Positions 49,201 to 57,048 of a stretch of 64,000 nucleotides of DNA are shown piece after piece. The translations under genes and the position numbers were made by a program. The stretch's first letter is position 1, and each line of letters starts with the position of its first letter. Source of the DNA: Dehalococcoidia bacterium. Its GTDB lineage: Bacteria; Chloroflexota; Dehalococcoidia; UBA2979. Location: assembly GCA_965262725.1 (NCBI GenBank), contig OZ253555.1:3424001-3488000 (forward strand), read 5' to 3'. Under the pieces are notes generated by a model that saw only the letters and a list, made by a program, of their open reading frames with translations, did not search any database and was not told the origin of the DNA.

Positions 49201-50132
49201 CGCCTGACCACCCCGGTCCGGCCGTAACCGCCGCCGCGGAGGCTCCACGCACCCTCCTCGGTGGCTATCTCGCCGTCGGCTCCACCCGCGAATGGCTGAG
49301 GGTCTGGGCAGCCATCCTCATCCTCCTCGGCCCCGCGAGGCTCGTCCTTCGCCTCGCCGCCGTGCTGCCGGAGCGGGGCCCGGCACGCACCCGCGGCCGT
49401 GCGGCCTGCCGGGCCGCCGAGCGCTGGTGGGCTCGGCTCGCCGCCCGCCTCCTCGGTCTGCGCATCCACATCAGCGGTCTCGAACACATCGACCCGCAGG
49501 AGCGCTACGTGGTCGCCTCCCTCCACGAGGGCTTCGCCGACGGCCTCGCCCTGCTCCATCTCCCCCTCTCGCTCACGGCCGTCGCCCGCGACGAGCTCGC
49601 CACCTTCCCGTTCCTCGGCAACCAGCTCGTGCGCGGGCGGCACATCCTGATCCGCCCCGAGCGCCCGGTCCATGCCGCCCGTACCGTCCAGCGCGAGGCC
49701 CACGCTGCCATCGAGTCCGGCGACAGCGTCCTGTTCTTCCCCCAGGGCTCCATCCTCGGCATCGAGATCGCCTTCCAGCCTGGAGCCTTCAACCTCGCGC
49801 GCCGCCTCGGCCGCCCGCTCCTCCCCATAGTCGTCACGGGCGGCCATCGGGTCTGGGAGCACCCCTTCACGCCCACCCTGCGCGCCAACCAGTCCATGAG
49901 CGTCGCCGTGCTCCCGCCCGCCCCACCCGACGAAACCGTCTCCCGGCAAGCAACGATCGAGCGGTGCATGAAAGAGCGTGCCCTCGCGAGCGCCACGCCA
50001 CCTCGCCGCTTCGACCCGAGCCGCGACGGCTACTGGGACGCCTACCGCTATGAGATCGACCCCGCCTTCCCCGACCTCGCCCAAGACATCGCCAGCCACC
50101 GCCGCGGTGCGGTGCGAGCCCACCCCCGCTAG
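49197..50132 (+). CDS. Lysophospholipid acyltransferase (PlsC-like)
   Basis: HEGFAD (HX4D), FFPQG; GTGA overlap with the upstream gene. Confidence 0.8.
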   Translation: MTPDHPGPAVTAAAEAPRTLLGGYLAVGSTREWLRVWAAILILLGPARLVLRLAAVLPERGPARTRGRAACRAAERWWARLAARLLGLRIHISGLEHIDPQERYVVASLHEGFADGLALLHLPLSLTAVARDELATFPFLGNQLVRGRHILIRPERPVHAARTVQREAHAAIESGDSVLFFPQGSILGIEIAFQPGAFNLARRLGRPLLPIVVTGGHRVWEHPFTPTLRANQSMSVAVLPPAPPDETVSRQATIERCMKERALASATPPRRFDPSRDGYWDAYRYEIDPAFPDLAQDIASHRRGAVRAHPR

Positions 50133-50273
50133 CCCTGGTCCCGCCATCGAAGCGAGCACGCCGGGCGCGACCCCAACCAGACCGACGGCCTGGCGGCTAC
50201 AGCGTCACGGGCGCTCGAACGTTCGTAGGACAGTCGGGTCGGGCGTCGCAGGCCGGATAACGACCGCCGGCGC

Positions 50274-51155
50274 TCAGTCGAACTCCAGCGGCAGCGACGG
50301 ATCGGCGGCGTACTCCGACATCGAGGCGTCATAGACCGCGACGTCCTCGTAGCCCAGGAGCGAGAGGACGAAGGCGTCGTTGGACGCGGCGATGCCGCCC
50401 CCGCAGTACGTGACCACGCGCTGCGTGTGGTGCGCCCCCGCCTCTTCGAAGAGCGGCGCCAGCTCCTCCGCCGGGCGGTAGAGGCCGGTCTGGGGGTCGG
50501 TCAGCTCCATCGCCGGCACGTTGGTCGCGCGGGGGATGTGTCCGGCACGCCCGTAGGCTCGGCCGCCGTCGGCGCCCGAGTGCTGCTCCCGCCCGAGGGC
50601 GTTGATGAGGCAACTCCCGCCCCCGCCGCCCGACTCGACGAACGCGCGGACCTCGGCCAGGTCGGCGAAGCGGGCCGGGTCGGCGGTCGGCGTGAAGGTC
50701 GTGGGCGCGTACGCCGCCTCCCCCGTCGAGACGGGCCGGCCCTCGGCCGTCCAGCGACGCCAGCCGCCGTCGAGGACGGCCGCGCCCTCGCAGCCCATCG
50801 AGCGGAACATCCACCACAGCCTCGCCGCCCACGCCGAGCCCGAGCGGTCGTAGAGGACCAAGGTCGACGACTCCGAGATGCCGTGCCGTCCGGCCGCCGC
50901 TGCGAACGCCCCGGCCGAGGGCATCATGAAGCGCAGGCGGTGGTCGTTGTCTGAGAAGTCGGCCTGCAGGTCGAGGAAGGCCGCCCCGGGGATGTGTCCC
51001 GACTCATACTCCGCCCGTCCCGACTCGACGCGGTAGCCACCACCCTCCTGGGGACGCAGGAAGACGGTCGTCTCGAAGACGCACACGTCGTCGTCCTCCA
51101 CGTGCTCCGCCAGCCACTCGGTCGACACGAGGAACTCTGGATGCGCGAATGCCAT
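50274..51155 (-). CDS. Two-domain sulfurtransferase (rhodanese)
   Basis: GHIPGA, AARLWW, YCGGG, YDASMSEY. Confidence 0.92.
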   Translation of the reverse strand: MAFAHPEFLVSTEWLAEHVEDDDVCVFETTVFLRPQEGGGYRVESGRAEYESGHIPGAAFLDLQADFSDNDHRLRFMMPSAGAFAAAAGRHGISESSTLVLYDRSGSAWAARLWWMFRSMGCEGAAVLDGGWRRWTAEGRPVSTGEAAYAPTTFTPTADPARFADLAEVRAFVESGGGGGSCLINALGREQHSGADGGRAYGRAGHIPRATNVPAMELTDPQTGLYRPAEELAPLFEEAGAHHTQRVVTYCGGGIAASNDAFVLSLLGYEDVAVYDASMSEYAADPSLPLEFD

Positions 51156-51258
51156 GGTCAACTCCAGCCGGCGCGGGCCTGCGGTGAGAAGGCCGGTTCG
51201 CGGTCTAGTATCCCCATCCCGCGGACCGTCCGCGATCGCTTTCGGCCGGAGCGGGAGT

Positions 51259-51356
51259 CTACTCGCTCGCCGCCGCCTCGCGCAGCCGCCCGAGATCGAT
51301 GCTCTGCATCGTCAGCAGCACCTCCATGACGCGATCGGGCGCGATCGCCAGCAGCT
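51259..51356 (-). pseudogene. 3' half of the VOC-family gene split by IS110
   Basis: LLAIAPDRVMEVLLTMQSIDLGRLREAAASE* continues in frame from ...WQVVSAVPGE at 56581. Confidence 0.8.
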
Positions 51357-51364
51357 AATGGGAG

Positions 51365-51580
51365 CCGAACCAGAGGACCAGAGCGATCTGGGAGGATGGT
51401 TCCGGACCCGCCAGCCGGAGAGCATTACCAGTAGCTGAGGCGCTTGCGACCTCCAAGGGGAGACCGTGCCCCGGCTGGTTCGTTCGGGCCTGCGATGCAC
51501 TGATGGGGTGTCGTGCCGGTAGAGCACCGTGCCATTAGCTCGTTGCGGAGCAGCCCGGCGGGGCCAGCCAGCCAGGTGGG
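51365..51580 (+). ncRNA. Bridge RNA of element A (target- and donor-binding loops); ends approximate
   Basis: Stem 51411-51418/51471-51478 encloses CCAGTAGCT and GGGGAG; second loop contains ATGGGGTGTC and CCATTAG. Confidence 0.85.
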
Positions 51581-51598
51581 ACAGGAAGGGAGCACGGG

Positions 51599-52387
51599 TT
51601 GACGGTGTACGTGGGGGACGACTGGTCCGAGGACCATCACGACGTCCACGTCATGAACGAGGAGGGCGAGAGCCTCGAGGCGAAGCGACTCCCCGAGGGA
51701 GCGGAGGGCATGACCGCCCTCCACGCCCTGCTCGCCGAACACGCACAGGACGCCGGCCAGGTCGTGGTCGGCATCGAGACCGACCGCGGCCCGTGGGTCG
51801 CAGCGCTCATCGGCGCGGGCTACCGGGTCTACGCCATCAACCCGCGGGTGGCGTCCCTCTACCGCGAGCGCCACCAGGTCGGCGGCGGGAAGTCGGACCG
51901 GGGCGATGCGCGCATGCTCGCCAACCTCGTCCGCACCGACAGCCACAACCACCGGCCGGTCGCGGGCGACAGCGCCCTCGCCTCCGCCGTGCAGGTGCGT
52001 GCCCGCGCCCAGCAGCAGCTGGTCTGGAATCGCACCCGCGAGAGCAACCGACTGCGCAGCGCGCTGCTGCAGTACTTCCCGGCCACACTCCAGGCCTTCC
52101 CCGACCTCACGCATCCCGATGCGCTCTCGGTGCTAGCCGTCGCCCCGGACCCGCTCGCAGCGGCGAAGCTGACGCGGGCGCAGATCCGTGCGGCGCTCAG
52201 GCGCGGGGGCCGCAAGCGCAACCTGGACACGCGGACGGAGGAGATCCACGAGAAGCTCCGCCTCCGCACGCTCCACGTCGCGCCCGTCCTCACCGAGGCG
52301 TTCGCCGACAGCGTGCTCGTCCAGGTTGCCCAGCTCCAGGAGATCAACCGGCAGCTCGAGGGACTGGAGTCGAAGCTGGCCCCGTCT
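51599..52387 (+). pseudogene. IS110 recombinase A, N-terminal part (DEDD RuvC-like domain)
   Basis: YVGDDW, GIETD, KSDRGDA; interrupted at ...KLAPS. Confidence 0.92.
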
Positions 52388-52396
52388 ACCGACTAA

Positions 52397-53836
52397 CTAC
52401 ACCGTCGCCAAACCTGTGATCGGCGGTCCGGGAGCTCCGGTTCCATCCGCTTCGTGGCCTCCGAGCGGCACCAGCTGGTAGCCGAGCTTCCTGGCCCTGC
52501 GTCTCGCGTTGCGGAGGGCTCTCTCGTGGTGCTGCGCCTCGTAGTACTCGGCTCCGGCGTCCGTGTACCCGTGTCCGTACTTCAGGCTCGAGTAGATGAT
52601 CCTCGCCAGCTTGTGAGCCGTCGCAGTGATGGCCTTGGCTGGCCCCAGCTGCGCCTTCTTCCTCCGCAGGAACGCCCCCAGGGCGCTGTCGGAGCGGTGA
52701 AGACCGAAGGCGGCAAGACGCAGGGCCGCTGCTGCCCGGTTCGCCGACGGCGTGGTCCGGGAGCTGATGACCTTGCCTCCGGTGACGCGGTTGTTCGGGC
52801 TCAGGCCCAACCACGATGCGAAGTGCTTCGGGGTTTCCCAGCGGCTCATGTCCACTCCGACCTCGCTGACGACCTTCAGCGCCGTATGGGCGTCCACGCC
52901 ATCGATGCGCGTCAGGTCCACCCCCGTCATCCGGTAGAGATGGCTCCGCACGTCGAACGCCGGCGCATTCTTGGCGCGCTTCGACCGCTTGGGCTTCCCG
53001 AGAGGCGGCCGGGGGTCGCCGGAATCGTCCCACTCCTCCAGTAGCGCCTCGAGCTTCCCGTCGCACTCGGCGATCTTGCCCTGGTACACCCGGTAGAGAT
53101 CCCGGGCCTGCGCCAGTTCGAAGAGGTGCTCCTCCCGCCAGTGCCCCTCCAGTGACCGGGCGATCATCGACGTGTCCGCCCGGATCCTCGGGTCACGCAG
53201 CTGCGCCAGCTTCACGGGGTCACGCTCGCCACCAATGACGGCATCAATGATGGCCAGTCCCGTCGCGCCGGTGATGTCGCTGATGACGTGCTGGAGCTTG
53301 ACGTTCATCTGGGTCAGGGCCTTCTGCATGTGCTGAACGTGTCTGGCCGCGTCCTCGACCAGCAGGGCTCGCTGCCGCATGTAGCTGCGCAGTCGGCGGA
53401 TATCCTCATCGGGACGGAAGGCTCCGGAGAGCAGCCCGTAGGTGTGAAGCTGCTGGATCCACTGGCTGTCCAGCACATCCGTCTTGCGGCCGGGCGCATT
53501 CTTGATGCCCCTCGGGTTCACCAACAGCACCTCGAATCCCCGCTCCTCCAGCACTCCGAAGAGCGGGATCCAGTACACCCCCGTCGACTCCAGCGCCACG
53601 GTCTCGATGCCGCACTCGGCCAACCAGTCCGCCAGGCGGTACAGGTCGCCCGTGAAAGCTGCGAACTCCCGCACCGGCGTATCGGAACGGTCCTCGGGGA
53701 CTGCCACGAAGTGGCTCTCGGCGCCCACATCGATCCCGGCCGCGTTCAGGTTCACCCGGGACAGCGCCGCGGGCAGTACCGGCGGATCGCCCCGCGTTCC
53801 GTCGGCGCGCCGGGCACTCTCGCCTCGTGTCTCCAT
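52397..53836 (-). CDS. IS110 recombinase B (479 aa), copy 1
   Basis: AGIDVG, ALESTGVYW, RKTDVLDS, FASWLGLSP; ATG follows a purine-rich RBS. Confidence 0.93.
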   Translation of the reverse strand: METRGESARRADGTRGDPPVLPAALSRVNLNAAGIDVGAESHFVAVPEDRSDTPVREFAAFTGDLYRLADWLAECGIETVALESTGVYWIPLFGVLEERGFEVLLVNPRGIKNAPGRKTDVLDSQWIQQLHTYGLLSGAFRPDEDIRRLRSYMRQRALLVEDAARHVQHMQKALTQMNVKLQHVISDITGATGLAIIDAVIGGERDPVKLAQLRDPRIRADTSMIARSLEGHWREEHLFELAQARDLYRVYQGKIAECDGKLEALLEEWDDSGDPRPPLGKPKRSKRAKNAPAFDVRSHLYRMTGVDLTRIDGVDAHTALKVVSEVGVDMSRWETPKHFASWLGLSPNNRVTGGKVISSRTTPSANRAAAALRLAAFGLHRSDSALGAFLRRKKAQLGPAKAITATAHKLARIIYSSLKYGHGYTDAGAEYYEAQHHERALRNARRRARKLGYQLVPLGGHEADGTGAPGPPITGLATV

Positions 53837-53852
53837 CCTCTCGCCCCCTCCC

Positions 53853-54022
53853 CCACAGCGTGGGCGTGTGACCGGAGGGAGCCACGACCAGACCGACACT
53901 CTACCGAACGGGATCGCCCCGACGGGACGTCACCAGTGATGCAGTCGCAGGGCTCCCGGACCATGCTTTTGAACGGGCAGATCGCACCAACGATGTACCG
54001 GCCTCGGCCCGGTCATCACGCC
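53853..54022 (-). ncRNA. Bridge-RNA-like structured region of element B, copy 1
   Basis: Same sequence as 55568-55737. Confidence 0.7.
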
Positions 54023-54111
54023 TCGCCGCGACTATACATCGCCGCTCGGCCCACCCCAGTTAGTGGCTTGCTGCACCGCCCGGCCGCCGGGGGTGGGGTG
54101 CTACCGACTAA

Positions 54112-55551
54112 CTACACCGTCGCCAAACCTGTGATCGGCGGTCCGGGAGCTCCGGTTCCATCCGCTTCGTGGCCTCCGAGCGGCACCAGCTGGTAGCCGA
54201 GCTTCCTGGCCCTGCGTCTCGCGTTGCGGAGGGCTCTCTCGTGGTGCTGCGCCTCGTAGTACTCGGCTCCGGCGTCCGTGTACCCGTGTCCGTACTTCAG
54301 GCTCGAGTAGATGATCCTCGCCAGCTTGTGAGCCGTCGCAGTGATGGCCTTGGCTGGCCCCAGCTGCGCCTTCTTCCTCCGCAGGAACGCCCCCAGGGCG
54401 CTGTCGGAGCGGTGAAGACCGAAGGCGGCAAGACGCAGGGCCGCTGCTGCCCGGTTCGCCGACGGCGTGGTCCGGGAGCTGATGACCTTGCCTCCGGTGA
54501 CGCGGTTGTTCGGGCTCAGGCCCAACCACGATGCGAAGTGCTTCGGGGTTTCCCAGCGGCTCATGTCCACTCCGACCTCGCTGACGACCTTCAGCGCCGT
54601 ATGGGCGTCCACGCCATCGATGCGCGTCAGGTCCACCCCCGTCATCCGGTAGAGATGGCTCCGCACGTCGAACGCCGGCGCATTCTTGGCGCGCTTCGAC
54701 CGCTTGGGCTTCCCGAGAGGCGGCCGGGGGTCGCCGGAATCGTCCCACTCCTCCAGTAGCGCCTCGAGCTTCCCGTCGCACTCGGCGATCTTGCCCTGGT
54801 ACACCCGGTAGAGATCCCGGGCCTGCGCCAGTTCGAAGAGGTGCTCCTCCCGCCAGTGCCCCTCCAGTGACCGGGCGATCATCGACGTGTCCGCCCGGAT
54901 CCTCGGGTCACGCAGCTGCGCCAGCTTCACGGGGTCACGCTCGCCACCAATGACGGCATCAATGATGGCCAGTCCCGTCGCGCCGGTGATGTCGCTGATG
55001 ACGTGCTGGAGCTTGACGTTCATCTGGGTCAGGGCCTTCTGCATGTGCTGAACGTGTCTGGCCGCGTCCTCGACCAGCAGGGCTCGCTGCCGCATGTAGC
55101 TGCGCAGTCGGCGGATATCCTCATCGGGACGGAAGGCTCCGGAGAGCAGCCCGTAGGTGTGAAGCTGCTGGATCCACTGGCTGTCCAGCACATCCGTCTT
55201 GCGGCCGGGCGCATTCTTGATGCCCCTCGGGTTCACCAACAGCACCTCGAATCCCCGCTCCTCCAGCACTCCGAAGAGCGGGATCCAGTACACCCCCGTC
55301 GACTCCAGCGCCACGGTCTCGATGCCGCACTCGGCCAACCAGTCCGCCAGGCGGTACAGGTCGCCCGTGAAAGCTGCGAACTCCCGCACCGGCGTATCGG
55401 AACGGTCCTCGGGGACTGCCACGAAGTGGCTCTCGGCGCCCACATCGATCCCGGCCGCGTTCAGGTTCACCCGGGACAGCGCCGCGGGCAGTACCGGCGG
55501 ATCGCCCCGCGTTCCGTCGGCGCGCCGGGCACTCTCGCCTCGTGTCTCCAT
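54112..55551 (-). CDS. IS110 recombinase B (479 aa), copy 2
   Basis: Translation identical to copy 1. Confidence 0.92.
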   Translation of the reverse strand: METRGESARRADGTRGDPPVLPAALSRVNLNAAGIDVGAESHFVAVPEDRSDTPVREFAAFTGDLYRLADWLAECGIETVALESTGVYWIPLFGVLEERGFEVLLVNPRGIKNAPGRKTDVLDSQWIQQLHTYGLLSGAFRPDEDIRRLRSYMRQRALLVEDAARHVQHMQKALTQMNVKLQHVISDITGATGLAIIDAVIGGERDPVKLAQLRDPRIRADTSMIARSLEGHWREEHLFELAQARDLYRVYQGKIAECDGKLEALLEEWDDSGDPRPPLGKPKRSKRAKNAPAFDVRSHLYRMTGVDLTRIDGVDAHTALKVVSEVGVDMSRWETPKHFASWLGLSPNNRVTGGKVISSRTTPSANRAAAALRLAAFGLHRSDSALGAFLRRKKAQLGPAKAITATAHKLARIIYSSLKYGHGYTDAGAEYYEAQHHERALRNARRRARKLGYQLVPLGGHEADGTGAPGPPITGLATV

Positions 55552-55567
55552 CCTCTCGCCCCCTCCC

Positions 55568-55737
55568 CCACAGCGTGGGCGTGTGACCGGAGGGAGCCAC
55601 GACCAGACCGACACTCTACCGAACGGGATCGCCCCGACGGGACGTCACCAGTGATGCAGTCGCAGGGCTCCCGGACCATGCTTTTGAACGGGCAGATCGC
55701 ACCAACGATGTACCGGCCTCGGCCCGGTCATCACGCC
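55568..55737 (-). ncRNA. Bridge-RNA-like structured region of element B, copy 2; ends approximate
   Basis: Closing stem GGCGTG-A-TGACCGG/CCGGTCA-CACGCC, stem GGGAGCC/GGCTCCC, guides TCAAAAG and TCGGTAG; -10-like TATAGT at 55746-55751. Confidence 0.72.
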
Positions 55738-55817
55738 TCGCCGCGACTATACATCGCCGCTCGGCCCACCCCAGTTAGTGGCTTGCTGCACCGCCCGGCC
55801 GCCGGGGGTGGGGTGCT

Positions 55818-56255
55818 TTTGAGGAGCACCCGGACGCCGCGATTTACCTGTCGATGCCGGGCCTGGGGCCCGTGCTCGGCGCCCGGGTGCTGGGCGAGTT
55901 CGGGGATGACCCCGAACGCTACGAGTCCGCGAAGTCTCGCAGGAACTACGCGGGCACGTCGCCGCTCACCATAGCATCGGGGCGGAAGCGGACGGTCACC
56001 GCGCGCCACGTGCGGAACCGGCGCCTCTACGACGCGGTACACATGTGGGCGTTCTGCTCGCTCCAGGCGAGTCCCGGGTGCCGGGCGTACTACCAGCAGC
56101 GGCAAGCGCTGGGCGACGGGCACCACCAGGCGCTGCGCGCCCTCGCCAACCGCCTGGTCGCGTTCCTGCACGGCTGCCTGAGCACGCGTCGGCTCTACGA
56201 CGAGGAGGCGGCCTGGGGCAGCCTGAAGACTGAGCCTGCCGAGCTCGCCGCCTGA
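55818..56255 (+). pseudogene. IS110 recombinase A, C-terminal part (Tnp20 domain)
   Basis: FEEHPDAAIYLSMPGLG...YAGTSPLTIASG...ALRALANRL, in frame with 51599-52387. Confidence 0.92.
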
Positions 56256-56580
56256 CGGAGGTCGTTGAGCGCCTCGGCGGGCCCGGACTCATCCAGGGTC
56301 TGGAGCTCGTTGAGGGCGCAACACGGCGCGACGAGTCCCTGCACACCCCGATCACGGACGCCGGCAGCGGTCGGTGAGCCACCGCATGTCCGCGAAGCTG
56401 AGACGCAGCTCACGCCGGCCAGGACCATCCTCTCCGGCGGCGTCGACATCGGAACACCGCCGCGATCACGGCTCTAGCACGGCGCTCCGGCTGCTCACGA
56501 TCTCCTTCGCCTCGCGCACCCGACGCCCCGATCCGCTGCCCGGGTGGGGGCGCCCCTTGCGCGTTACGGACATGGGGTGT

Positions 56581-56909
56581 CTCCCCGGGCACCGCGGAGA
56601 CGACCTGCCAGGAAACGCCGAACTCCTCCTCGAGCCCGCCGCACTGGCCGGGGGCGCCGCCCTCAAAGAGCCGCTTCCGGAAGTGGTCGATCTCCTCGTG
56701 CGTCGTGCAGGTGACGACGAAGGAGATCGCCGGCGTGAACTCACCCATCGGACCACCGTCGGGGGCCTCGAAGCGATGTCCGTCAACCTCCAGCCCCGGC
56801 ACCGCGCCGACCCCGGCGGAGCACCACGGGATCTCCGAGCCGGAGAGGATGCTCGATCCGGGGAAGACGCCGGCGCAGAACTCGGCGGCAGCGGTCCGCG
56901 TCCGGGCAT
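56581..56909 (-). pseudogene. 5' half of a degenerate VOC-family gene
   Basis: DGGPMGEFTPAISFVVTC..EEIDHF..GQCGGLEEEFGVSWQVV; conserved Trp positions look mutated; start not recognisable. Confidence 0.75.
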
Positions 56910-57048
56910 CAGGGCGTCCGCCGCGGCGCCCGCACTCTCCGTCGCTGCCCCTCGACTCGATGGGTGCGGGCGCTCCGCTGCGGGCGGCCGCTATGGTGGC
57001 GACGCGGGCGGATGTCACATCCTGTCGGACGGCCGTCGGAGGCGGGCG

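Larger units (their letters stand above)
52386..54102 (-). mobile_element. IS110-family element B, copy 1 (1715-bp unit)
   Basis: CT cores (+ strand) at 52386 and 54101. Confidence 0.93.
54101..55817 (-). mobile_element. IS110-family element B, copy 2 (tandem, apparently identical)
   Basis: CT cores at 54101 and 55816; all ORF-track entries recur at +1715. Confidence 0.9.
51355..56582 (+). mobile_element. IS110-family element A (~1.8 kb without its insert), bounded by CT cores
   Basis: CT at 51355-51356 and 56581-56582; removing the element restores GCCAGCAG-CT-CCCCGGG and the VOC reading frame; no terminal IRs. Confidence 0.93.

Noticed and set aside
55552-55614. 500-aa start for recombinase B
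   Set aside because: The extra 21 codons overlap the structured RNA stems; ATG 55551 follows a purine-rich RBS
52386-55817. Element B as IS1111-type or as a composite transposon
   Set aside because: No subterminal inverted repeats, the non-coding region is upstream of the gene, and no cargo lies between the copies
56374-57048. 1436-aa ORF as an N-terminally extended PutA
   Set aside because: The extension crosses the IS110 end and the antisense of the VOC relic; GGAGG plus ATG at 57049 is the plausible start
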